From Macrostomum lignano (taxonomy: Eukaryota): a stretch of 64,000 nt of DNA. The translations under genes and the position numbers were made by a program. Positions 23,418-34,611 of the stretch are shown here, one piece after another. The notes below the pieces were generated by a model. That model was not told the DNA's origin. It ran no database searches and saw nothing but the letters and a program-made list of their open reading frames with translations. Where the stretch lies: contig NIVC01002987.1 of assembly GCA_002269645.1 (NCBI GenBank), positions 1-64,000 on the forward strand, written 5' to 3'. Within the stretch, counting starts at the first letter, position 1. Every line of letters starts with the position of its first letter.

Positions 23418-24548
23418 TCAGAACTTGATTGACACGTCTTTCTGGCGTTGCATTTCAGCCGACTCCACTGCAGCCGGTAGTCCGTGGTTCGAGCCCCCCT
23501 CCCGTTCGGAAGCCTCGCCGTCGAGCAGGCCGGTCCTGGCCAGCTCCAGGGCGGAGCAGCGGGGAAAGCCGGGCACGGTCACCGTGTCGTGGAAGCCCTC
23601 GTAGTCGATGACGCATTCGCCTGTGTCCGTTGGCAAGATGCTGAGGTCCTCGAAGCGGTGTCCCCAGCGGATCTCCGTTGGCAGGTAGCTGGTCCGGGCC
23701 TCCGTGGTGGCGCCCGTCGAGATCACGACGCCGTTCATGAAGACCAGCAGCTCAAAGTCGGCCGAGTAGAGGTCCTTGGCGGACATGTTCCAAAATGGCG
23801 AGCCGCTGTCAATTCTGTGCTGGACAACTACCGGCCAGCCGAGGAAGAGGCGGGCATCGCCGCCGTCCAGGCCCATGTTGATGACCTGCTGCTCCAGTAA
23901 GAGCGTCTCGCCTTCAGCGGTGAGTCGCCGCTTCACCAGGACGCCGCGCACGCTGCAGTCGATGAGGTGAGAATGGCGAGCGTCGCCAACGCGGCAGAGC
24001 AGCACGAGATGCCCGTCGCGGCTGCAGATTGCCGCATTTTTGCTGAACAGCAGCGTGCCTGTCCGGTTCTTCGACTTCGTCAGCTTGGCCAGCACCGCGC
24101 CAGTCATCAGCGTCGTGATGATGAGGTTGCCGTAGGACTGCAGCGTCACCAGCAGCACCGCAATCGGGCACTTGTCCGACGGCGACCGCGACCCGTAGCC
24201 GATGGTGATCTGCGTCTCCATGGAGAACAGCAGCGTGGCCAGGAAGGAGTTCACGTTGAGTAGGCAGGGCTCGAACCCCGGCGGCGGGGTGGTCAGGTAG
24301 TCTCCATGGCCGTAGCTGAGCGCCCACCAGAAGAAGGTGAAGAGCAGCCAGCAGCTGAAGAAGGCGGAGAAGAACACGGCTAGGCAGTAGCGCCACTTCA
24401 TGTCCACCAGGGTGGTGAAGATGTCGCCAAAGTAGCGGCGCTTCCGCTTCCGCACGTTGCTATGGACGACGTTGCACTTGCCGTTCTTCATCACCAGCCT
24501 GTCGTAGCCTCGCATGCGCATGATGGCGAACTGCGACTCGCGGCGCAT
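23418..24548 (-). CDS. Inward-rectifier potassium channel (Kir/KCNJ family), single coding exon, 376 aa
   Basis: RLVMKNGKCNV, RYFGDIFTTLVDMKWRY, FLFS-like LLFSMETQITIGYG filter, LLFSKNAAIC, RVGDARHSHLI, LFLGWPVVVQHRIDSGSPFW, ARTSYLPTEIRWGHRF. A further upstream exon is possible. Confidence 0.95.
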   Translation of the reverse strand: MRRESQFAIMRMRGYDRLVMKNGKCNVVHSNVRKRKRRYFGDIFTTLVDMKWRYCLAVFFSAFFSCWLLFTFFWWALSYGHGDYLTTPPPGFEPCLLNVNSFLATLLFSMETQITIGYGSRSPSDKCPIAVLLVTLQSYGNLIITTLMTGAVLAKLTKSKNRTGTLLFSKNAAICSRDGHLVLLCRVGDARHSHLIDCSVRGVLVKRRLTAEGETLLLEQQVINMGLDGGDARLFLGWPVVVQHRIDSGSPFWNMSAKDLYSADFELLVFMNGVVISTGATTEARTSYLPTEIRWGHRFEDLSILPTDTGECVIDYEGFHDTVTVPGFPRCSALELARTGLLDGEASEREGGSNHGLPAAVESAEMQRQKDVSIKF

Positions 24549-24718
24549 GATGGCGGACTGGCCAAGATTGATTGATGGACGCTGAATTGAGGGGTCCCAG
24601 GACAGGTCGCTTGGAGGCTGGGGCTCGAATTATTGTCACCATTAAGTAACCGAGGGAGCGGAAAACCAGTTTTTTCTAAGAAATGAACTGGCTTGAAGCG
24701 GTTGGCTGATGGTTACTG

Positions 24719-24721
<3 letters not shown>

Positions 24722-24768
<47 letters not shown>
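24722..24768. repeat. (TC)n microsatellite
   Basis: About 23 perfect TC units. Confidence 0.97.
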
Positions 24769-24772
<4 letters not shown>

Positions 24773-25277
24773 AGCTGTCTTAGTTTGAGTAGTTTCCATT
24801 AGTAGCGACATTCAATGTCAGTTCCATCGAAGCGGAGATTAGTTAGATATTTTATATGTTCTTCTCACGTAAAGCTGGCCTCGAATTGAACAGATCGAGT
24901 TGAAATTCTATTGTATAACATGTTTCTTAGATTTACAAAAAAGATATTTGATAAATGCAATAAATTTCGGCTTAAAAATTGCATACCAAAAAGCAACTAT
25001 TGTAGAAAAAACGGTTAAAAAGTGACTTTAAAAATCGAAGCTAAGCAGGTAACAAATGCGCGAGATGCTACTATATACCCCAGCAGTAACGTGTAACGAA
25101 TGGGTAATGAGGAAAGTACGACGGGAGCTCCTCGCTAAGAAAGCTAAAAATAGCAATAAGAATGCAGCCAATAACAGCTGGGCTCAGGAGAATCAGCGCT
25201 AACCAAACTGTGCAATAAAAAGAGCAACCAGAGAAGATGAACTGATCATAGGATAAGACAGCTTAGAGAGATTAGCG

Positions 25278-28200
25278 ATGCCAAGACCAATAGCAGTCTC
25301 AGCAAAAACACCCGAAATCCTGCCGTCGTCGGTTCATTCGCTAGCGTTGGCCATCTCGTTGCCGACGCTGGGCCTGGTGGCGCTGTGCGCTCTGGGCTGC
25401 GTCTGCTGCTGGCGGAGGAAGCGCAAGACCCGAGCTCGCCTGTTTGACCGGCTGGGCGAGGAGGCCAAGAGTGCAAGAACGACAGTCAGGTGACTTTTGC
25501 TGGTGGAGTGGGTAGACTGATACAGGGACATTGCTAGTGGTTTGATTAACGGTACCTAAAACAAGGTGGAAGGCTCTACTGAAGGAGGACACTTAAGCGT
25601 TTACAGATATATGGATAGATAGACAGATAGATAGACAGACAGATAGATAGACCGATAGATAGACCGCTAATCCAGACCGAACCCTCAAACCGCAATGCAG
25701 GAAACTGACTCATAAGGCAAACCGAGCGGGCAGGCGGCTGGCCGCACCGAAGGCAGCGTCAGCTCCGAAGCTGATGCGGATGGTCTCAACAGTGCTGCAG
25801 CAGCTGCCGTCTGAGCAGCGCAGGCAGAAGTCTAAGCAGCATCGATCAGCGCGGAGGCCTTCATACATGTGCTGGCAGGATGCGGAGCGGAGGAAGGATG
25901 AGCAGAAAGCGCCAGAGCAGCTGCCACATACAGACAGCTGGGTGAAGCGATCTGCGACGAGCGATGCTATTGAAGGCAAGAATGCAAGGCTGCAGTGTAA
26001 AGTATAGCTAGCTGCAGTCTGCTGCAGGACTTGGATTCACAAAAATACTTAAAATCATCTGATTCCGATAGACCGAAAAATTCGACTTAAATAAGGATCC
26101 GACCACGCTTTGAAAAGGAAACGAATTATATTAGACTCCAATGACTGTTAGACAAGTATTTGCTCAAGACTACAAAGCCAGCTAAAAATAGATTTACCAG
26201 TAATGAATAAGATAGGGTTGAGACTACAATGAATAGAGCGTGCCAGGCTATACCTCAGGCGCAGAGAGCAGAGAGCTAGGGCGCAGAGAGCTAGGCGGAG
26301 GGTTTACAACTGGCCAAATCCAAGATGTGCTCACTTTTCCCGGATTTATATCCCTCAAATGCTGCATCATCTCAGGTTTTTTGCTTCTCAAACTTGCCAG
26401 CAAGGTACGCTTGTCAGCGTAGACCACTGTAGTTTGGGTTGGTCAAGATTTCTCTCTCAGAGACTTTCCCAGTCATTGGGGTGTGTTTCCAGACTCTCCC
26501 AGTCATTGGGGTGTGTTTCCAGACTCTCCCAGTCATTGGGGTGTGTTTCCAGACTCTCCCAGTCATTGGAGTGTGTTTCCAGACTCTCCCAGTCATTGGA
26601 GTGTGTTTCCAGACTCTCCCAGTCATTGGAGTGTGTTTCCAGACTCTCCCAGTCATTGGGTGTGTTTCCAGACTCTCCCAGTCATTGGGGTGTGTTTCCA
26701 GACTCTCCCAGTCATTGGAGTGTGTTTCCAGACTCTCCCAGTCATTGGAGTGTGTTTCCAGACTCTCCCAGTCATTGGAGTGTGTTTCCAGACTCTCCCA
26801 GTCATTGGGTGTGTTTCCAGACTCTCCCAGTCATTGGAGTGTGTTTCCAGACTCTCCCAGTCATTGGAGTGTGTTTCCAGACTCTCCCAGTCATTGGGGT
26901 GTGTTTCCAGACTCTCCCTGCATTCATTGGTGTAGTTCCAGACTCTCCCTGCATTCATTGGTGTAGTTCCAGACTCTCCCTGCATTCATTGGTGTAGTTC
27001 CAGACTCTCCCTGCATTCATTGGTGTAGTGCCAGACTCTCCCTGCATTCATTGGTGTAGTTCCAGACTCTCCCTGCATTCATTGGTGTAGTGCCAGACTC
27101 TCCCTGCATTCATTGGTGTAGTGCCAGACTCTCCCTGCATTCATTGGTGTAGTGCCAGACTCTCCCTGCATTCATTGGTGTAGTTCCAGACTCTCCCTGC
27201 ATTCATTGGTGTAGTGCCAGACTCTCCCTGCATTCATTGGTGTAGTGCCAGACTCTCCCTGCATTCATTGGTGTAGTTCCAGACTCTCCCTGCATTCATT
27301 GGTGTAGTTCCAGACTCTCCCTGCATTCATTGGTGTAGTGCCAGACTCTCCCTGCATTCATTGGTGTAGTTCCAGACTCTCCCTGCATTCATTGGTGTAG
27401 TTCCAGACTCTCCCTGCATTCATTGGTGTAGTTCCAGACTCTCCCTGCATTCATTGGTGTAGTTCCAGACTCTCCCTGCATTCATTGGTGTAGTTCCAGA
27501 CTCTCCCTGCATTCATTGGTGTAGTGCCAGGCTCTCCCTGCATTCATTGGTGTAGTTCCAGACTCTCCCTGCATTCATTGGTGTAGTGCCAGGCTCTCCC
27601 TGCATTCATTGGTGTAGTTCCAGACTCTCCCTGCATTCATTGGTGTAGTTCCAGACTCTCCCTGCATTCATTGGTGTAGTTCCAGACTCTCCCAGTCATT
27701 GGGGTGTTGCCAAACTTTCCCAGTCATTGGTGTATTACCAGACTCTTCCAGTCATTGGGGTGTTGCCAAACTTTCCCAGTCATTGGTGTATTACCAGACT
27801 CTTCCAGTCATTGGGTTGTGTTTCCAGACTCTCCCAGTCATTGGGGTGTATTACCAGACTCTCCCAGTCATTGGGGTGTGTTTCCAGACTCTCCCAGTCA
27901 TTGGGGTGTTTCCAGACTCTCCCAGTCATTGGGGTGTATTACCAGACTCTCCCAGTCATTGGGTTATGTTTCCAGACTCTCCCAGTCATTGGGGTGTTTC
28001 CAGACTCTCCCAGTCATTGGGGTGTATTACCAGACTCTCCCAGTCATTGGGTTATGTTTCCAGACTCTCCCAGTCATTGGGGTGTTTCCAGACTCTCCCA
28101 GTCATTGGGGTGTTTCCAGACTCTCCCAGTCATTGGGGTGTATTACCAGACTCTCCCAGTCATTGGGTTATGTTTCCAGACTCTCCCAGTCATTGGGGTG

Positions 28201-29018
28201 TATTACCAGACTCTCCCAGTCATTGGGGTGTGTTTCCAGACTCTCCCAGTCATTGGTGTATTACCAGACTCTCCCAGTCATTGGGTTGTGTTTCCAGACT
28301 CTCCCAGTCATTGGGTTGTTGCCACTCACTCCCCATCCCAGTCATAGTGATATGACCGTCCGCCCCTACTCTTTGCTCCCTTCCCACAGGCACGGATGCG
28401 GGCCTAGGCCAAATCCAGCTGGGCATACGGTACGACAGACGGCACCGGTTCCTGACTGTGGCGCTGCTGCAAGCGGCAAATCTGCAGCTGCCTCCAAACC
28501 AAAAGCCGCCGCAGCAGGTTCAAGCGCTGTTGCAGATCCTACCGCCGCAAGGTAGCCGCCACCAAGAGTTCAACGACACCTTCCAGACTCCGCCAGCTGA
28601 GTTCAATTCAGGTCAACCCAACTGGCGATACGCGTTCAAATTTGTGCAGTTCCCGGGCCTGCTAGCCAGCTGGCAGCTGCGGGTGGCGGTGCGGCTGGCA
28701 GCGGAAGATCAGGAAGACGGGACGCCGCGCTCACTTGTCCAGCAGCCGGCGCACCTCGGCGAGACTTGGCTCGATTTGGCAAAGTTTTCGCGACTGTCAG
28801 AGTCGTCATCAACTTCAACGCAAAACTCGTCGTCATCTTCGGCGACGGCGCCCGTCGAATCGCCGGCAAAGTGCGCAGACGATGGAGAGAAGCAGCGGCG
28901 ACGGCAGCGACGGCAGCGGCGGCAGCGGAAGCTGCAACAGCAAGATGAAGCAGCAACTCTGGAGCAGGTGTTCTGGCAGCACCTGGAGCCTAGCAGGAGC
29001 TGCTGCGGTGGATTCTGA
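25278..29018 (+). CDS. Synaptotagmin-like protein: N-terminal TM with Cys cluster, linker, single divergent C2 domain
   Basis: Exon 25278..25489 (LAISLPTLGLVALCALGCVCCWRRKRK; ag|gtgact) joins exon 25701..~25975 in phase 2. Possible exon ~26240..26404 (caa g|gtacgc). Last exon 28390..29018 (cccacag|): GLGQIQLGIRYDRRHRFLTVALLQAANL...FKF...LRVAV...LGETWLDL, a C2 pattern. The linker-exon junctions are not resolved, so the TM part and the C2 part could be separate genes. Confidence 0.55.
26460..28320. repeat. Compound minisatellite: ~30-bp A (CCAGACTCTCCCAGTCATTGGGGTGTGTTT), 31-bp B (CCAGACTCTCCCTGCATTCATTGGTGTAGTT), then diverged A
   Basis: Unit switches at ~26915 and ~27690. Confidence 0.96.
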
Positions 29019-29497
29019 CACTAAACAGCTCAAGGTGTCAAGGTGGACTGATCGGTGGACTGAAGAGTACAGTTCCTTTAAAAATTTCCCAGAACGCGCC
29101 ATCCTGAGAAACGTGTGACCTTCATTTCTTAGACAGGCTTTAAAGTACAAATTGTGTATCCAGTTAGCTGCATCACACTGAAATGCAGTTTACAATACAC
29201 CTAATCCAATAACAGGTAACTTTTAAACTCAAGAAACTTGGAGAATTGAAACGCAGGAAAGTTCTTCATTGGTGCATTATAGCAGAGAAATTATTTAGCT
29301 GCAGTTCAAAGTAACACCGAGAGTGCATTTCTTGAGTGGACAACTCAAGTAAAGCTCAATGCAAAAATGCAATCAAACCATAGAAACAAAGGACTTAGTG
29401 AGTTATAAAAACCACAAAGCCGTGATTAAAATGCTTCATATTAGTCATAAAACCGTTGTAGTCTAGCAGGGGAATTTGCTCTGCCAAATTATTAAGT

Positions 29498-32400
29498 TCA
29501 CGAATTTTTGGCTACGACTAAGTGCAGACTGCGCAGCATCTTCACTAGTTTGAAATCGTCATCGCTGAGCTGCGATGTGTCCACCTTGGCAACAGATGAG
29601 TTGTCCTTAGCAACTGGCGAGGCCTTAGCAACCGACGAGTCCTTAGCAACCGAAGAGTCCTTAGCAACCGACGAGTTTGTCTTAGCAATAGGCTTCTTTT
29701 CTTCAGTAGCTAACGTATTCTCCTTAGCAACCAACGAATTCTCCTGAGCTGGTCCCGTAGCAACCGGTGCCTCAATAACACTGGAATTTTTATCTGGCGC
29801 TGGCAACTCGGCCCATACGCTGTCGTTCATAGGAGCGCATTCCAGAAACCGGGTCACTCGCTTCTTAGCATCCCCCTGCACAGCCGATTCGGGCCTGTAC
29901 AGCCAGTAGAAACGGCACTGCAAGCTGGCCGACAGCTTGCGCACCGACGACAGGCAGCGGTGGAACTCGAAGAAGCCCAGGTCGTCGGGCGAGGGCGCAG
30001 ACGGCGCCAGCAGCAGGTCAATCGGCAGGGCGGCACCGAGACGGTCGTCTGCCAGCAGTTCTACATCACCGAGATTGACAACTTGGCTGTCGTTGTTGAT
30101 AGACGCTGTTGATTTTGCCGACAGACTAGAGGCCATCAGCAAAGTGGAGGTGAGCCCAGCTGCCTGCAGCAGCTTTAAGCTGAGCCCCTGCTGGTCGAAC
30201 AGCACCAGGACGCGCAGCGGGCGAGTTGGGCTAGATTCGCGATCGAGCTGAGGTCTGAGGGGGTGTGGGTACACGGTGTGGCTGAGGCTTAAGCCCGTCG
30301 GTAACCAGTGGTCCGAACTGAAGTATCTGAGTTTGTCAACACTGATGGGGAATATTCCCACCTGAGGGATCAATACATCTACACGGATGGGAAAAATTCC
30401 CACCTGAGGGATCAATACATCTACACGGATGGGAAAAATTCCCACCTGAGGGATCAAGACATCTACACGGATGGGAAAAATTCCCACCTGAGGGATCAAG
30501 ACATCTACACGGATGGGAAAAATTCCCACCTGAGGGATCAATATATCAAGACTGATGGGGAATATTCCCACCTGAGGGATCAAGACGTCAAGACTGATGG
30601 TGAATATTCCCACCTGAGGGATCAAGACGTCAAGACTGATGGTGAATATTCCCACCTGAGGGATCAAGACGTCAAGACTGATGGTGAATATTCCCACCTG
30701 AGGGATCAAGACGTCAAGACTGATGGTGAATATTCCCACCTGAGGGATCAATACATCTACACGGATGGGAAAAATTCCCACCTGAGGGATCAATATGTCA
30801 AGACTGATGGGGAATATTCCCACCTGAGGGATCAGTGTATCAACACGGATGGTGAATATTCCCACCTGAGGGATCAATATTTCAAGACTGATGGGGAATA
30901 TTCCCACCTGAGGGATCAATATGTCAATACTGATGGGGAATATTCCCACCTGAGGAATCAATATCAACACGGATGGGAAATATTCCCACCTGAGAGATCA
31001 GTGTGTCAGGACTGATGGGGAACATTCCCACCTGAGGAATCAATACGTCAATACTAAATAGGATTGGGGGGATCATAACTGAATGACGTCAGTAGCCTGG
31101 CCTGTCAGGACGCAGGCAATAACAAAACTGTTACTAAACACAGTGCAAAACAAATCTGATCTGTCCTTACCGACCAGCGGGTCGCAGCAGGCCCATCGGA
31201 GCGGACATGCACAGACAGCAAATCCAGTCAGTAGCGTCAGGCTCCAAGTAGGTGGCCAGGGCCCAGGCGGCCGGGCCGACAAGAAGGGTGAGACAGGCCT
31301 GCGGGAACACGGATACGGCTGATGACAGTCATCGGGATGTGGACAAGATCAGATAGGATGCAGACAAGATCAGAGAGGATGCGGACAGGATCAGAGCGGA
31401 TGCAGACAAGATCAGAGAGGATGCAGACAAGATCAGAGAGGATGCAGACAAGATCAGAGAGGATGCAGACAAGATCAGAGAGGATGCAGACAAGATCAGA
31501 GAGGATGCGGACAAGATCAGAGAGGATGCGGACAAGATCAGATAATGTAGGCAAGATCTGAGAGGATGCGGACAAGATCAGAGAGGATGCAGACAAGATC
31601 AGAGAGGATGCGGACAGGATCAGAGTGGATGCGGACAAGATCAGAGAGGATGCGGACAGGATCAGAGTGGATGCGGACAAGATCAGAGAGGATGCGGACA
31701 AGATCAGAGAGGATGCGGACAAGATCAGAGAGGATGCAGACAAGATCAGATAGGATACGGACAAGATCAGAGTGGATGCGGACAAGATCAGAGAGGATGC
31801 GGACAGGATCAGAGTGGATGCGGACAAGATCAGAGAGGATACGGACAAGATCAGAGCGGATGCGGACAAGATCAGAGCGGATGCGGACAAGATCAGAGAG
31901 GATGCGGACAAGATCAGAGAGGATGCGGACAAGATCAGATAATGTAGGCAAGATCTGAGAGGATGCGGACAAGATCAGAGAGGATGCAGACAAGATCAGA
32001 GAGGATGCGGACAGGATCAGAGTGGATGCGGACAGGATCAGAGAGGATGCGGACAGGATCAGAGTGGATGCGGACAGGATCAGAGTGGATGCGGACAGGA
32101 TCAGAGTGGATGCGGACAAGATCAGAGAGGATGCGGACAAGGTCAGAGAGGATGCGGACAAGATCAGATAATGTAGGCAAGATCTGAGAGGATGCGGACA
32201 AGATCAGAGAGGATGCGGACAAGATCTGAGAGGATGCGGACAAGATCAGAGAGGATGCAGACAAGATCAGAGAGGATGCGGACAAGATCAGAGAGGATGC
32301 GGACAGGATCAGAGAGGATGCGGACAGGATCAGAGCGGATGCGGACAGGATCAGAGAGGATGCAGACAAGATCAGAGAGGATGCAGACAAGATCAGAGAG

Positions 32401-34408
32401 GATGCAGACAAGATCAGAGAGGATGCGGACAAGATCAGAGAGGATGCGGACAAGATCAGAGAGGATGCGGACAAGATCAGAGAGGATGCGGACAAGATCA
32501 GAGGATTGCGGATGAAGCCATGAAGCCGGTAATACCTGGCAGAACAGTCGTTTGCAGCCTGTGCAAGTGGCCGCCTGCACGCCGCAGCGCATCGCGCACA
32601 CAGAGCAGGCGCGGGCGCCCACGCCGATGACGGCAGCGGCAAGGGCGTCATTGACCCGGCGGCTGCAGGGCTGACACAGCTGGCCAGCGAATACGGGATG
32701 CTGGATAGCCGGGTCGCTGGCCGCCGAGCCGCCGCAGGCCAGACAGTAGTCAGGCTCGTTGATCCGGCTGCGCCTGTAGTTCCGCATCAGCTGGTCTGTG
32801 ATAGGACGCGAACCCGGTACCTCCAGGCAATCGTTATCGTGGCTACCGCCGCTGCTACTGCCACTGGGACCTCCGCTTCTGTCTTCTCCCTCTCTCTTCT
32901 CCTTTGTTCCGACAGCTTGGTTAGGCTTTTTGCAGCCCCGTCCCACTGTTGAAGCGGCGGTCGCGCTCTGCTCAAAGTCGGAGTCGCTGTCGACCGCGGC
33001 GGCGGCTGATGTGACTGGACGACTCTGTGCAGCTGGGATGAGATGGTGCATCGAAGCATTTCATTGCGCAGTGCGTGGCGTTACCTTCAAGACCACAGCA
33101 TCAAACAGGACCCAGGGTCTTGCGCTATGGACAACCAAGGCAGAAGGACGCTGCACTGAAGCCAGCAGGTGTCCGAGCTGCGCTCACAAGTTTATCAAGC
33201 TGTTTTTTTTAACTGCTGCCGGAGACCGGCAAGCAAGCAAAGTTGCGGCGAAATTGCAGCTGCTCCTGTCTCTGCAGTGTTTTGTCTGGACGGATTTGTC
33301 TTTGGTAAAAACCTGCTTAGTTTTATGTATGTAAAAAACCAAATCTCTGCAGTCGTTTAGAAAAGCTCTCCAATGATTTTTTAAACTTTTTTCTCTTGAA
33401 AAAACTTGTGAGCGCACCTCGGAGAAAACACCTGCTGGCTTCATCTGCAATTCGGAAGTCCAGCAGGTGAGGTATTGGGAATTCAGTGCAGAAAAACTGA
33501 AAACTTCTTATCTCGCCAATGCATTCATATTCATACATGCGCAACTGCTGGCCAACCTGGCCGATCCGGCCACCGTAAATTGTGGTGGACCAGGTGGACC
33601 AAGTCGCATTTTTAATAAAAAAAGTAAGTCGTATGGCCAGTGTAAATCAGGGGGGGGTTGCGCATGTATGTTTATATAGATTTCTTTTTTATTATTTAAT
33701 ATTATTGATGGGTGTTAAAATTCTTTTCTTGTTTTAGAAGTAGACCATATCTGTAGACGAACATGGATTTCTTAAGACAGCAGCTAAACACTGACCAGGC
33801 GCGCCGCTTCTAACGTAGGAACGCCGGTGCCGCTCGCGCATGCTGTCCAGGCAGCGCTCGGCCCACTCGGACAGCCGACAACCGTCGCCGCCGTTCAACA
33901 GCGCCTGCTGGCCGGCCTCCAGCTCGGCTAGCGACTCTCGTAGCCGGCCAAGCGCAACCCGGCTGGTCAGGGAGCCGCGCGCCAACAGCTCGTCTAGCAG
34001 GCGGACTAGGCCGCGTTGCTGCATCGAGCCGCTAGCGGGGGCGCCAGCACCAGCCGCAGGCAGATGGACCAGGGCTTTCTGGCTGCTCAGTGGCAGCAGG
34101 GATTTCTGAGCAACTTCGGACACTTTGCCTTCGGCTAGCCAAAGCAGCCAGCGCCAGCCTGGCCGAGCCGGGCGAAGGTGGCAGCGCCAGCCGGACACAA
34201 CCATGCCGGGATAATGGCGCGCACCCCATGGCGCCCAGGCCAGAGCGCCGAAGTCTTCAACTAGCTCGCCCGACTGGGGGGCCAGCATGTTGTCAGCGGA
34301 GCTGACGGCGTTGCCCGATTCGTTGTCGGATGCGGATGAAGAGTCAGACGACTCATTGTAGTTGTTGCTGACAGGCCTGGGTCGCTTGGTTGCGCCGCGG
34401 GAGGGCAT
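29498..34408 (-). CDS. DNMT3: DNMT3-family protein (PWWP + ADD + degenerate, predicted inactive methyltransferase domain), 4 exons, 693 aa
   Basis: Exons 34408..33796 (g|gtcagt), 33032..32536 (cccag|ct; cag|gtatta), 31298..31171 (ccgcag|; cg|gtaagg), 30341..29498 (ccatcag|t); 2082 nt, phases 1, 0, 2 all consistent. PWWP: FGALAWAPWGARHYPGMVVSGW...RWLLWLAEGKVSEV..KSLLPL. ADD: CLAC..HPVFAGQLCQPC..CSVC..CTGCKRLFCQ|ACLTLLVGP..WICCLC..GLLRP. MTase-like: PLRVLVLFD, LGDV, PIDLLL, FFEFHRCL, FYWLY, VTRFLECAP, WAELP. Confidence 0.92.
30342..31055. repeat. 42-bp minisatellite filling DNMT3-like intron 3
   Basis: Unit ATGGGAAAAATTCCCACCTGAGGGATCAATACATCTACACGG; translates as LIPQVGIFPIRVDV on the minus strand. 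Confidence 0.96.
31340..32502. repeat. 21-bp minisatellite GATCAGAGAGGATGCGGACAA filling DNMT3-like intron 2
   Basis: MRTRSER / ILSASSL / ILSDLVR ORFs. A variant unit GATCAGATAATGTAGGCAAGATCTGAGAG recurs at ~31537, ~31934 and ~32163. Confidence 0.97.
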
Positions 34409-34611
34409 CGCTCAGCTCTGTTGGCAGCAAAGCGGTCATGTAGAATAAAAGAATATGCTGCCCATACAGACTTCCAGACTTTCTCAGTGTCAGCTGGCTA
34501 TATTTTTGATAATGCTCAAATATATTTTCTTATATATTGCTTATAATATTTTTTTGCTATTGGACAATAAGAATCATATTTTGGGCTTAAAGATATTACT
34601 GCAGTCTAACA

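Noticed and set aside
23429-24396. Antisense and alternative-frame ORFs over the Kir gene (similarly over the ZF, G-alpha and UGCG exons)
   Set aside because: Expected by-products of GC-rich coding sequence.
26359-28555. Several long overlapping repetitive ORFs
   Set aside because: Translations of the 30/31-bp minisatellite in all frames.
31237-32515. ILSASSL / MRTRSER / ILSDLVR ORFs
   Set aside because: 21-bp intronic array of the DNMT3-like gene, open on both strands because the period is a multiple of 3.
33180-33205. GCTCACAAGTTTATCAA shared with ~63884-63900
   Set aside because: Too short to define an element. Probably a fragment of a dispersed repeat whose boundaries cannot be drawn here.
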